Shown: positions 14,229-28,076, counted from the stretch's first letter. The stretch is 64,000 nucleotides of DNA from Octopus sinensis (GCF_006345805.1 NC_042997.1:132804001-132868000), one strand, 5' to 3'. Translations and numbers: made by a program. The notes: generated from the sequence alone by a model not told the origin.

Positions 14229-14553
14229 GTCACTCACAAAGACGTACGCACGCTCGCACGCTCTCACATACATAGATCATACCTTTTGATGCTTCTTTTA
14301 ATGTGAAGTTACACAAAAACAAGGATCACTCAGTACTTTTCAGTAAAGTACACCTTTACTAACTTTTACATGGAAAAGTTTGACTGTAGGTGCAGGAGTG
14401 GCAGTGTGGTAAGAACCACCAAGTTCCGGGTTCAGTTCCACTGCGTAGCACCTTGGATAAGTGTCCTCTACTCTAGCCTGGGACTGACCGAAGACTTATT
14501 AGTGGATCTGGTGAACAGAAACTAAAGTGAGCACTTCGTATATATATATATAC

Positions 14554-14590
<37 letters not shown>

Positions 14591-14617
14591 GATATAGATA
14601 TAGATATATATATATAT

Positions 14618-14619
<2 letters not shown>

Positions 14620-14691
<72 letters not shown>
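14620..14691 (+). repeat. (GATA)n microsatellite
   Basis: Direct reading of the sequence. Confidence 0.95.
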
Positions 14692-14692
<1 letters not shown>

Positions 14693-14694
14693 CG

Positions 14695-15028
14695 TTTAAG
14701 AGACAGAATCTCCCTCAAGCAACTCAATAATCATTGAAGGACATTATCCACAATAAGTACATATAGGTGCATATATATATTCGTTTTAATATGGTATTGT
14801 ATTTAGAGACATTCTATTTCAGCAATATCGTGAAATATGTTGTCATGAAACGCGCGTAGTAAAGTATATAATTTGTAATAAGAATTGAAGATATTAATTT
14901 TGATAATTTGGAATAAGAATTGCTGGTATTAATTTTAATATTTTTAATATTTAGTCCTATATGTACCTATTGTGGATAATGTCATTCAATGATGATTGAG
15001 TTGCTTGAGGGTGATTCTGTCTCTTAAA
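14695..15028. repeat. 73-bp inverted repeat around an AT-rich spacer (MITE-like)
   Basis: 14695-14767 versus 14956-15028, with 4 mismatches. Confidence 0.88.
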
Positions 15029-16130
15029 TTTATCTATTTATATGTATATAATACAGTGAGTAATTCATTTTAGTACCACTATATTGAACTTCTCTCCCCT
15101 GTGAACTCGGAAATAACTTCCCTAATATTAATATTAATATGTAGCGGTTCGGCTAAAGAGTCTGATAAAATAAGTACCAGGCTTAAAAAGAAAGTACTGG
15201 GATCGATTCATTCGACTAGAATTCTCTAAGCCGGTGCCCAAGCATGGCCACAGTCCAATGACTGAATGAAGTAAAAGCTAAAAGACAGAAGAGTGATTTT
15301 GTACTTGCTCGCCGCCAACAGCATCCAGCAAAGAAGGAAATAAAAATTTACACACACGCGCTTTAATAAAAGCATAGTATCACACTCTGCTAGGTTATAA
15401 ACACGTATTAAATATACTTTGATATCTTCGAACCAATACTGCACCTCGTCTGTTATAGTCACAACATTTCGGCCGTTCTACCTTTCGGGCTTCATTACTT
15501 GTTATATACTGAAACGTTCACTGATTTTCTAACCGTTCCCTTCCTTTAATTAATTCACATGTTAAATTGTTCTTATTACCTTTTCTCTGCAGGGAGTTTC
15601 ATTTACTTATTAATCAATTGATTAATTAATTAAATAATTAATTAATTTTGTCCTATAATGTAAGCATTTTAGCTATTTCTAACTATTTCAGTGTATTGTA
15701 TTGTCAACCATCACAACGAACAGCGATTGGCCTGCCTTGAACATGTAATGTCCACCATTTTCAGTGTATTATATTGTCAACCATAACAATGAACAGCGAT
15801 TGGCCTGTCTTTAACATGTGGTGTCCACATTTGAGCTTTGTCTTTGTTATGTGTTGTTTGTTGCCTCAGCTATATTACTTACATAAACCATAAACCGTAC
15901 AGAGAACATGCCGAAACACGAATATGAAAATCAATGTGTACTTTCAAAGCAAACTTCTTTGTTTTATACGAGGCAGGGTGGAAGGAAAGCACAATGTTTG
16001 GTGTGTTAACTAAGAATTCACATCTCTGTATCAAATAAAGATATTAATGATTTTCAAACACGTGAACCCAGAAAACCACAAGAAAGTATTTCAAGTAGTG
16101 GATATCGAGGTATTGACGAAATAGGTGGGT

Positions 16131-16165
<35 letters not shown>

Positions 16166-16259
16166 ACGTAATACCAAGTTGTAAAATTAACGATACTCTC
16201 TGTCATAAGAACAGAATCTACTGATGCACTTTACACTATAACATCACAATATTTTAAGC

Positions 16260-17450
16260 CCATGGTCTCTTCGTCTACTTTGGTTAAAAAGAGTTTCCTG
16301 GTCTCGAGGTTTGTAAAGTTTCTAGTCGTCGAACAAAAACAGAAGCAAATGTTAATTCTACGCTTTTACTACATTTTGTCAATATCGCTTGAAAAGAATC
16401 TTAAAGGAAACAGGTTAGCACATTACGAAATTGCTACAGAGAGTAGTAATCATAATTTAATATAGCTACTTCCTGTAATTAGTACTTTGGAAGAATTGTG
16501 GTTTACTGTCAAAACTGATTGAGTTACAGAAAACACCTAATGAGACTGCAGACACAATTACTAATTATGTATAGGAAACTCTGGAGGAAAATGACCTCTC
16601 CGAAATGTGTTGCCTTCATAGGTAGCAAATATGATACAATATTTAGAGGACTCAGGCGTAATGAAGACAATAATAACGTTTTTTGCAAATTAAAAGAATA
16701 TGTTTCGAAGAGATCATTAATTGGAGTGAGTTTCTCAGCGAGTATTTTAAATGACTGCGTCCATTATACAGTAGAAAGACTGGATAATGACACTGAAACA
16801 CTTCCTCAATATATTTCTGTTTATACAGATCGAATTGAGCAGCACAAGTAGTTAGTATTGTTATTTCAGTGAAGTTGAATATAGTCTTCTGCCATAGACC
16901 AGCTGTTACTGTTGCCTGGCATCATAAGGTTACTAATAATATTTCCTGTTTGCAATATTTCTCGCTATCATATGACAAACCACCCATAGTAAATGAAAGG
17001 TAAAATGAGATTTGCTTCTGGCTCACGTACTCACTAATGAATGCAGTTCACATACTTTCAAACTATTGAAACGAAAAGTAATTTCCATTGTAAAAGTGTG
17101 GACGAATTTTGAATCTTTTCATAAAATGCTTGTCGAACGTGTAAGCAGAATTTCATTCCCTTGAAAGTTAAGTGAGAACTTGTTCAAAAAATAACGCCCA
17201 GAAGGAAAAGGGAATAAGTGCAACGAGTTTTGTGTTGATATTGTTAATCTATGCGACAGATGCCGACAGTTTAATGAGAAACAGATGAAATGAATGAAAA
17301 CACTTTCTCCTATCGAGTGAAACATTTAACTGAGCTGATGTGGAGCCGTGTTTTAAATATTGTATTGATGAAGAGATGGAAGTTTATGATGTTGTATGCT
17401 TTAACCTAAGGTAGTGTGTGAAAAATTACAACGGTGACAAAAAATTTTGT
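16260..17450 (+). mobile_element. Degraded hAT-superfamily transposase relic
   Basis: CVAFIG..NNVFCKLKE..SLIGV..ILNDCVH and LLPGIIRLL..FP..DKPPIV fragments with stops and frameshifts; ends undefined. Confidence 0.6.
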
Positions 17451-18171
17451 AATACATCGAAAACAGAAAGTTGGCTATATACATTGATAAAAAAAAAAGC
17501 CACAAAATATTGAATGCCATTCAGAATTGATAAGAATTGCAAATTCTATTCCGATATTTAACCTCAGTTCAAATAGAAATTGTAAAGGATTAAATCGAGT
17601 GTTAAAACAATGAAGTGTATTCTCACTTTAGAGTACAGCAGTACAACTTCCTAAATGCATCTTTTAGTGATTTCTATATCTTTCTTAAGAGGAAACATAC
17701 AATAATGAAAAAAGATCCATTCAATAAACATGAATGCATCAAGTCACACATACACACACAGTGGGAGAAGACAGTAACTACGGGAAGTAAGATATTCAGC
17801 CGTAAGCAAAGATATTTTTCTTTTAGGTTTAAGTATTCACTATTTATAATTCAGTGCTTCATAGTCGATAAGATATTTGTGGAAATAAATATGACATAAA
17901 CCAAAGCGAAAATATATCATGTGTACTATTGTATATGTACATATTTCGAACTTGTTGAGCATACAAAATGAGGTGCTGAATCTCATAGTTTAACATTTCT
18001 GTCTATTCGTAATGTTCATTAACAATTCGTTCTATGCGTTCACAAGGTCAGACTGAAATTTTGTGAGAAGGGGCCAGTCGATTAAATCGAGCCCATTGCT
18101 CAACTGGTATATATTTTATTAACTACGAAAGGATGAGAGACAAAGTCGACGTCAACGGTATTTTAATTAAC

Positions 18172-18396
18172 AAGGCGGCGAGCTGGCAGAATCGTTAGCA
18201 CGCTTAGTGGTATTTCATCTGCCGCTACGTTCTGAGTTCAAATTCTGCCGAGGTCGACTTTGCCTTTCATCCTTTCTGGGTCGATTAAATAAGCACCAGT
18301 TACGCACTGGGGTCGATATAATCGACTTAATCCGTTTGTCTGTCCTTGTTTGTCCCATCTGTGTTTAGCCCATTGTGGGTAGTAAAGAAATAGATA
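18172..18396 (+). mobile_element. tRNA-derived SINE, family B
   Basis: Head aaggcggcgagctggcagaa..gagttcaaattc, central gtcgactttgcctttcatcc..gtcgat..gtaccag block, tail gtaaagaaata. Confidence 0.88.
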
Positions 18397-19704
18397 TTTT
18401 AATTAACAATCATAAAAATAATAGGCCTTTTTCGAACCTACATTAGAATCGTTAAACTCTGATTTCTCGAATTCAAGTTTCAAACCGTCCCAAGGTGGGT
18501 TGTACATTTACCACAACCGAGTCAATAAATTATATTGGCGAAAGTAGATTCAATTTTATGGAAAATAAACACAAATGAGTATCAACTGATACGTGGGGAG
18601 GGAGATCAGTTTCATATTTTATCACAAAATGTTAGATCATATTCTTCAAAGGCATAATTATGTGTTACGTACATGACACTCATTCACATACATCCACATA
18701 TACGTGTTTATTTATGAGCCATATTTACACGTAGAGAATCATATGTATAAGAACATCCATCTATATTAAAAACACGCATGTATGCGAGCGCACACACACA
18801 AATACACACAATGTGTGTATTTATATGGCTATTGAATAGGATATGCTTCGTGGGGTAGTCTAAATGACGAAATATGGCCGATGCTTTCACAAACTGGTTT
18901 TAGCGAGTATTTATTTCCACACTAGTCTACATTGTTCATATTGGCAAAAAATTTCGATCAAATGATCGTAAAACAATTATCTCCCTTGATTGATCTGTTA
19001 GATTTTAAGAATTTCTAAAGATTTGTTTACTAATTTCTTGGATAATCTCATTTGATTGACATTTTCTTTCAGCTCAATGTTTACATATTTGAAACCCTGT
19101 GGTATTTATGTATGCATATATGAGAATTTGTCAGTCAACCTGTATATGCTCTTCTCATTTAAATTACTTGAAATATTCCTATAAGTAAGGACCTGGTTTC
19201 TAACAAAGATGCAGGGCTCTTTAGTTGGAACCTAAATAACAAGGACAGCGTTACAATGTTGCATATTTTTACTATTCTGCTTACAAACTGTGTTTGTAAT
19301 GTGGGTGTTTCATGCCGGAGTGGTAAGAGTACTTTACTCGTCTTAAATAGCTTACAGCTGTAGTAATACTACCTGCGTTGACGTTGTTATCAATACCAAG
19401 CACGATGTGTACTAGCAAAATTCCAAGTGTTGTAAGATACACTTTGTAATCCGGTTTGAATAATGCTACGTTGGGTAAGTAAAAAGCGTATAAATCAGTT
19501 ACTGATTTAGGCAGAAGTCGGGATGATTGTAGAACTGTTCCAAAAGGCATTTTTAGCGGTCCTCTACGTCTGGACAAAAGTGAAGGCGTATGACTCAGTG
19601 GTTAGAGCGTTGAGGTTGTGACTTCGATCACGTCTGGACATCTGATGTTGATGGTGCCTCGTTGTATATGTTTGTAAGCATGTATGTTTGATGAATATAC
19701 GCGT

Positions 19705-19888
19705 GTATGTATGCATGCATGTATGTATGTATGTATGTATGTATGTATGTATGTATGTATGTATGTATGTATGTATGTATGTATGTATGAATGTATGTAT
19801 GTATGTATGTATGTATGTATGTATGTATGTATGTATGTATGTATGTATGTATGTATGTATGTATGTATGTATGTATGTATGTATGTAT
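19705..19888 (+). repeat. (TATG)n microsatellite
   Basis: Direct reading of the sequence. Confidence 0.95.
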
Positions 19889-20747
19889 GAGTCTTGAAGT
19901 TCCAGGAAGACTAATTTAATAATCACCAATAGAATGATATTAAAAGAATGATTTAAAAAATACAAACGTGTTCGTCTTTCTTCTGCCTATTACTATTAGA
20001 GTACATGAACTAAAAAGTCGTTTCTGTTGTTTTATCGTTAAAACATTTGAATGCATTTCAATAAGTATGAGAGTTGCTTATCGCAACAAGTGTAATAATA
20101 ATCATGCCAGTTTCACAGTATGGACATGTATTATAGTAATTTTGAACATATTTACTATGTATGACAAACAGAGATCATGAATTTATTATGTATTGCTACA
20201 CTTATAAAGCAGTGCTCCATGATGACCAGAACTTGTAACAAATACGATGTAACTTCTTTGAAAATTAGTTGCGCTATAGATATAATGCGGGTACTTGAGC
20301 AACACATTATTAGCCACGTACATGTACTTCTTTTTTATACTTTCATACAATAATACACACACACACAAATATTTAAAACGTTTTTTGCAAAGAATTCTTG
20401 ATATAGTTAAACTATTTGAAACAAGTATATTTTTACAGTAAGTCTCTTAAAAAACAGAATGATACGAACTTTTGGAAGGAAGTTTTCATATTGCGTTAAA
20501 TGCTTTCACTGATTAAAACTTTTCAAACACACAATTATGCTATTACCGTATAACATGTGTCTTCGAAATGATATAAATAGAGGAAATGTTTAACTCAATA
20601 TGAAAGCTTCCAAAAGGTTTATCATATCCTTTGCTCTTTTACAGATACTTTTATATAATTAATAATTTCTAATTTAAGAAAATTATCATATATGCATGTG
20701 TGTGTGTGTGTGTGTGTGCGTGTATGTATGAATATATGTATATGCAT

Positions 20748-20831
<84 letters not shown>

Positions 20832-20833
<2 letters not shown>

Positions 20834-21246
20834 CGCAGGAGTGGCTGTGTGGTAAGTAGCTTGCTAACCAACCACATGGTTCCGGGTTCAGTCCCACTGC
20901 GTGGCATCTTGGGCAAGTATCTTCTGCTATAGCCCCGGGCCGACCAATGCCTTGTGAGTGGATTTGGTAGACGGAAACTGAAAGAAGCCTGTCGTATATA
21001 TGTATATATATATATATGTATGTGTGTATATTTGTGTGTCTGTGTTTGTCCCCCTAGCATTGCTTGACAACCGATGGTGGTGTGTTTACGTCCCCGTCAC
21101 TTAGCGGTTCGGCAAAAAGAGAACCGATAGAATAAGTACTGGGCTTACGAAGAATAAGTCCCGGGGTCGATTTGCTCGACTAAAGGCGGTGCTCCAGCAT
21201 GGCCGCAGTCAAATGACTGAAACAAGTAAAAAGAGAAAAAAAAAGA

Positions 21247-21248
<2 letters not shown>
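20832..21248 (+). mobile_element. tRNA-derived SINE, family A
   Basis: Near-identical to 11021-11440. Confidence 0.9.
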
Positions 21249-21284
<36 letters not shown>

Positions 21285-21857
21285 GGCGTGGATTCTATCG
21301 ATATTGGATTAAAGTTCCAGCTAGTCATATTTTTACTAAACGTAAGCTATGAGAATTAATTCAAGTGCTTCGACTGGTATGAATTTAGATAACTAGCATA
21401 CTGAAAGAGGTACACAAATAAAAATTTTAATTGCTACTTATCTGGAGAATAAAAAATTCGAAATCTAGCGACAAATATATTAGAAACAAGATAAAAAAAT
21501 TTTAAAAAATAGGAGACCATTTCCTGAACGGAAAAATTAATTTCACAGAAAATGTAAGTTTCTTCTTTCGTAGAGTAAAAAAAACAAAACAACAACAGCA
21601 GCAACAACAACAACAATAACTACAACAACAATAACTACAACAACAAATTTGCATTTTGTTTTCTCTGAGCAGACCGTTAGACATCATCAGCGAAAGTATA
21701 GGCCACTGAAGCCGTTAGACTTCATCAACGAAAGTATAGTCCTCTGAAGCCCATGTCTGTTGCAAGCTTATTCATCAGTCGTGAATATCATTATTATTAT
21801 TATTTCTGCTAATCGGCTGCTATGCAAAAATGTATAGAAAAATGAGGGTGGTGATGG

Positions 21858-21912
<55 letters not shown>

Positions 21913-22211
21913 AATGTTCCGAAATATAAAAATATCAGCAAATTTTATTCACGTTTGTTGCTAAAGGGTAAAACTATAATTGAATACGTTAGTATGTTGA
22001 AGATTTATCTATTAACTGTAGCTGGTCATTCAGAGGTGAAAAGCTATTTATAACAACAGTTTTTCTCCCGTCACCTCACTACCACAACCACTTCCGTAAC
22101 CATCAACGACGGTTTACCTGCCACCTTTATTTGTTTTATGCTACTATGCAACGGTTTTCAAGCTATTATTTCTATTCCACGGAGATAGTGTCATATTAAA
22201 CGTACGCATGA

Positions 22212-22312
22212 ACATACATACATGCATACATACATACATGCATGCATACATACATACATACATACACACATGCATACATACATACACACATGCATACATA
22301 CATACACACATG

Positions 22313-22344
<32 letters not shown>

Positions 22345-22573
22345 CATACATACACACATACATACATACATACACACATGCATACATACATATATGCATA
22401 CATGCATACATACATACATACATACATACATGCATGCATACATACATACACACATGCATACATACATACACACATGCATACATACATACATACATACACA
22501 TACATACATACACACATGCATACATACATACATACATACATACATACATACATACATACATACATACATACAT
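22212..22573 (+). repeat. Compound (CATA)/(CACA)/(CATG) satellite
   Basis: Direct reading of the sequence. Confidence 0.95.
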
Positions 22574-23620
22574 AGGCACACGTGTGTGTGTGTGTGTGTA
22601 TTCTTTTATTCTTTTAGTGGTTTCAGTCGAAGCGTTGCGGCCATGTTTGTACACTGCCTTAATATATTTTCATTCAGAAATGGAAGTTGGTCTATCATTG
22701 AGTTTGTAGCAGCTGGTGTGACTGGTCCGGTATCATCCTTAGGAATTTATCCAATGTAATTTTTTTTTTGATTTTTCAGTGGAGCTCCTTTTTATATTTT
22801 TGATTATTTTTAGATAAGTAGTTGACCCTAAACATTAACCCTAAACATAAGACTGGTGCATTAAGGTGTTTATACTCGTGATTTCGAAGGTGATATATTC
22901 TGTTTTACGCTTTTACTTATTTCAGTCATTTGAATGCAGCCATGCTGGAGCACCGCCTTTAGTCGAGCAAATCGACCCCAGGACTTATTCACGAATAGCG
23001 ACGAAAGAACTCTACCACGCCAGCTGATTGCGATATTGATTGATCGATTTATCAAGCAATACATTAGTTAACTGTTTGTTTTGGCTAACTAAGCAGATGA
23101 ATAAGAAATGAAATAGAATCTAACCAGTGCATGTACCTTTTTGACAAAACGACCCTCCCAAGATTTAACACACATACACACATATTCACTCTCTAACATA
23201 GACGCACAAACAGACTGGCACACACAAACGTAGAGAGAGATAGGGGGGAGAGAGACAAGGAAGAAGGAGAGAGAAAGAGAGTGAGAAAAAATTTCCAGTA
23301 AGTATGACGCACTGTTTTCTGCAGAAGATTAGTTTGGAGCCCTAAGAATTCCAGAAACCCATCAGTGAGAGACAAGTTCAAGGTGATTGGCGTATATAGA
23401 GCATAGTTTTTTTTACATCATATAGCAAGGCAGAAGTACAAAACACTAGATACGGCGAAAAAAGTTCCAGATCAAAGTCTACAGAAAACTTTCAGCAAAA
23501 GCAGCCTGTGTAAAATGTAATCGTCACACGCTTGTTTCTTGTTTATATAAACAGAGCAGTATGGATTTGCATTGTTGGCAAGATTTAACGTTTTAAATGA
23601 TAGTTGTGTTAATGCGCGTA

Positions 23621-24027
23621 AGGCGGTGAGCTAGCAGAATCGTTAGCACGCCGAGCGAAATGCTTTGCGGTATTTCGTCTGCCGCTACGTTCTGAGTTCA
23701 AATTCCGCCGAGGTTAACTTTGCCTTTCATCCTTTCGGGGTCGATTAAATAAGTACCAGTTACGCACTGAGGTTGATATAATCGACTTAATCCGTCTGTC
23801 CCCTCTCTGTGTTTAGCCCCTTGTTGGTAGTAAAGAAATGGGTATTTCGTCTGCCGCTACGTTCTGAGTTAAAATATCGCCGAGGTCGACTTTGTCTTTC
23901 ATGCTTTCGGGGTCGATTAAATAAGCACCTGTTACGCACTGGGGTCGATGTAATCGACTTAATCCCTTTGTCTGTCCTTGTTTGTCCCCTCTATGTTTAG
24001 CCCCTTGTGGGCAATAAAGAAATAAGT
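23621..24027 (+). mobile_element. Family B SINE followed by a headless tandem copy
   Basis: Full copy at 23621-23843; a second copy restarts at gtatttcgtctgccgctac. Confidence 0.85.
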
Positions 24028-24099
24028 TTGTGTAAATGCTGCTGTATGCTTAGATATAACTATTAAAGTAACCGTATACAGAAGTTATTCTTGAATATC

Positions 24100-24354
24100 T
24101 CTTACCATTCAGTTGTTTCAATCATTGGACTGTGGCCACACCCGGGGTACCGCCGTGAAGGGTTTTATTCAAAGATATCGGTCGCAGTTAGTTTCTATTC
24201 TTTCAAGTCTAGCACTTCTTCTGTCGTCTCTTTTGCCGAACCGCTAATTTACGAGGACATAAACAAACCAATACTGGTTAGGAGACAAATACAGTCACAA
24301 AGACATACACGCATACATACACATACATACGCATATATATGTATGTGTGTGTGT

Positions 24355-24411
<57 letters not shown>

Positions 24412-24510
24412 CGCTGGGTTTCCAAGCAACTTCTTAGTACCAAATTCTAAAGGCATTTGTCGGCCCGGGGCAACCGTGAAAGATACTTGTCAAGTGTGCA
24501 GCGAGCTCCA
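24100..24510 (-). mobile_element. Diverged family A-related SINE
   Basis: Contains ttttgccgaaccgctaa, an internal (TG)n tract and ggcatttgtcggcccgggg. Confidence 0.7.
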
Positions 24511-24849
24511 AGATATTTTCAATGAAATTCAAGAGTACAGATATCATGATAAAATCGTGATTTGTCATTAAGCAGACAAACTTGATAAAAGAAAAAGTCG
24601 CTTAAATGCAGTCAAAAAGAATGCCTGTTATCTCTGCTATGTATTATATACTCACACACGCACACGCACACAAACATAAAGCATGCGCACACATACAGGT
24701 GTACATGCATACATAGTTATATAAATGCATACACACACACGCACACACACACACACACACCTATATATACTCACTAACATACACACATATACACAGACAA
24801 ATATACATACAAGACAAGGTATAAACAATGATCTTTAAATAATTCTTTT

Positions 24850-26750
24850 ACTATAGTAAATTCGACTTATAGTTCCAAGTCGGATTTACAAGAATAAAAG
24901 AATACGTTATTAGAAATGCTGCCGTTGTTACCACCAACACTACCACTGTTAATAATCCGACTAATATTATTAATATTACCACTGTAAATGCCAACGCTGT
25001 TATGAATGTTGCTATTATCAATACTATTTCTATTATTATTATTGTATGTTTGGTTGGAATTGGTAAGAATAGTGTTGTAACTCCCGGGTGAAGAATCCTT
25101 GTTTAGCAGCTTGTTATTATGGGAGGCAATAATTTGCGATAGATTTCTAGTGTTGGAGAATGCAATCCTTACCTTATGCTAATTGATAGTAGAGTAATAT
25201 CTAGAATTCCTGGGAAAGTTCCTAGCTACGGCTTCACGGAACTGCAAAGGAAGGTTTGACTTGATTTGTTTTCCGAAAGGTATGACAAACCAGATATAGT
25301 TTTTAGTGGACATAGAATTGTTCAAAGTGTTACCAGTTACATTAAAGGGAATATTTCTGTGCTGGAAAATTGGGGTTGGTTGCCGATTGCCTCCCCTGGT
25401 CCGTAAATTATTTTTCTTAAGTATAGTGGTGCCGACGTTGTTAGAGCTGAAATCATTATTCTCACTATTTCTATTGTTATTAGTTTTCTTATCCTGAGAA
25501 GTATATATAGGTTTAGAATGGGCCGGGTCGTTATATGATACTTTATCTCTATAACCGGCTTTTGACAAGGCGGCGTTATAAAATTCCGCTTTCTGGTTAA
25601 AGATGCCAACATTAGGAGATAATTTTGACAGTCTTAAGGAAATATTTTAAACTAAATTATCGGTAATAGTTTTGGCATGGTTACTGAAAATGCTGATATA
25701 TTTAAGATTAGTAGAAGGCTTATGATAAGGGAAATATGAATTATTCTGCAAATTTAGGGTAACAGATTTAGGCTTTAGTTAATTCGTCGTCAAAAACTAT
25801 GCTCAAGCCCATTCTGCTAAAAAAATCTAGTTAATCTGTTCTTAATCTTCTGTATCCTATTGTTCGGAACATTCTGGAGGTAAAGTAGACAATCGTCTCG
25901 ATATAGACCGCCACAGATGTCCGGGAATTGGTCGGCCAATTCATAGAGAATATAGATTCCGACTAAATCGGCTATCTGGGCGCTGTCTGTACTTCCCATT
26001 AGCACATCGAACGCGTTGGGGGTATCTCTGCGGACCCACAACTTATTATCCAACTGTATGAAAGACTTTCTAGCTGCTAATATCACATTAATTTCCTCCC
26101 TGGAGAGGCCTGCCTTATTATGTGCGTGCCATAGGGCCTTATTGAGTACACTAGGGTTTATCGAAGGGTAGAAAGTAGATATATCGAATTGTATAAATTT
26201 TGTGTTGTCCTTATTAGTAATAGAAGTAAACCACTCTACGACCTGAGTGGAGTTAGACCACAAGCTGAGTTTTAACTTATTGATTAAAATAGGTATGCAT
26301 TTATCTCAAATGTACTTACTAAGGGTACCAATGTCGGAATCTTATCCATCCAACCAATTTTGACGTCACTGCTTATAATGGAATATTTTAAAGAAACACT
26401 CATTATCACTATGGACTCCGTGTGGGCAGTCATCTAAAAGTTTTTGCTCGTCATCATGCTGACATAAGTTCCTTGTCTTTCCTGATGAGAAGACGGCATA
26501 ATGCACCCTTTATTCCTTCGGAATTAGGAATATGCAGTCTTCGAAACATATCGAGAATAAAGGAATTTTGCTAAATCGCTGTTCGACTCCATTCTTTCAT
26601 TTATCTATAGTAAAAAAACACAAATTTCCACACGAAAGCACGTGATTTCTGCCCTTGGCATGTAGCTTCAACCGTGCTTTCTGACGTAAATTTGCTACCC
26701 AGGTATCGGCTAACCGAATTATCCATACTAGGATAATTCATTCAACTACT
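24850..26750 (-). mobile_element. Second, decayed Penelope-like element (RT region; endonuclease lost)
   Basis: ORF 26263-25817: KFIQFDISTFYPSI..MGSTDSAQIADLVGIYIL..GGLYRDD. ORF 25568-25179 ends in YIWFVIPFG. A GKTRNL motif lies near 26470. Stops and frameshifts are present and the ends are approximate. Confidence 0.88.
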
Positions 26751-26752
26751 TA

Positions 26753-26816
<64 letters not shown>

Positions 26817-26829
26817 ACATACATAAGGA

Positions 26830-27113
26830 GAGTTTACGAAAAAAAAACAAAAGACGAAGACAGGTGGTGTACAAAACAAACAGTTGTTTTAGTATAACGC
26901 TCAGGAATAGAAAAGGTCTTTTACGTTTCGAGCCTACGCTCTTCTACAGAAAGGGACACAGAAAAAAACAAGGAGAGAAACAAGGAGAGAAAAAAAGGAG
27001 AGAAAAAAAGGTGAGAAAAATGTGTGTAGTGGCTAACAATCTATCAAGGTGATACATATATATATATACATATGTATGTATGTATATATGTATGTATGTA
27101 TGTATGTATGTAC

Positions 27114-27155
<42 letters not shown>

Positions 27156-27990
27156 TTTCAACTCTCCTTCCTTCTTCATCTAACCTCCTCCCCTCCCCTC
27201 TCTCTCACCCTCACACCGACTTCCTCCCACCCACCTTTCCTCTCTTGCTCCGACTCCTACTTCTTCTCTTCACTCCTACTCTCCTTCTCTCTTCTCTTCA
27301 CTCCTACCCACCTTCTCTTTCCCTTCTTTCATCGACACTCCTTCCTCGTAAGCCCACCCCACCCCTACACGTTCCACTCCACCTTCCCTATCCTTCCCCA
27401 TCCCGCCCCAACGCATCCCTTATACCTACTTCCACATACCGCACCTCTACCCTCACCCTCCACCTACCCACCTACCCCACATCTACCCCTACTTTCCGCC
27501 TATCTCACATCCTACCCCACCCTTGCTTTCCCCCACTCTCGCTTCCCCCACCTCCCAACACCATCACACCACACCACACCACACACCACTTCACCTTATA
27601 CCACAGGAGATCACATCACACCACCACGCACACACTAGCACTGACCACTTCCCAGACCCACATTTTCACACCTACACATACACACACGCACACGTCATGA
27701 ACACCACACGCACATACAAGCTCTCTTATATACAAACACGCGCATCTTCGTTTTGGGATCACCACTACTTTATTATCTTCCCTTCTCCCTAGCTCTCCTG
27801 TGTGACCTTTCTTTCCGGCATTCGCCACGATAGATCGCTAGCCCTTGTTTCTTTCTGTATTCCTTTCTGTGGAAGAGCGTAGGCTCAAAACGTTAAAGAC
27901 TTTTTCACTTACCGAGCGTTATACTCATACATCTGTTTGTTGTCTACACCACCTGTCTTCGTCTTTTGTTTTTTTTTAAATTCTCCCTAC
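26830..27990. mobile_element. Hammerhead-family element with inverted termini
   Basis: Arms at about 26850-26960 (minus) and 27850-27970 (plus) are inverted, and each has a hammerhead-like motif (26918-26953 and 27863-27898). The interior is pyrimidine/CA-rich. Confidence 0.65.

Positions 27991-28076
<86 letters not shown>

Noticed and set aside
22144-22759. Stack of long overlapping ORFs (MYVC/HTYI repeats); the same applies at 40941-41759, 62361-62851 and similar sites
   Set aside because: These are translations of microsatellites that lack stops in several frames.
23324-23381. Possible 58-nt plus-strand exon
   Set aside because: Weak donor (gtgatt), no recognisable peptide and no neighbouring exon in phase.
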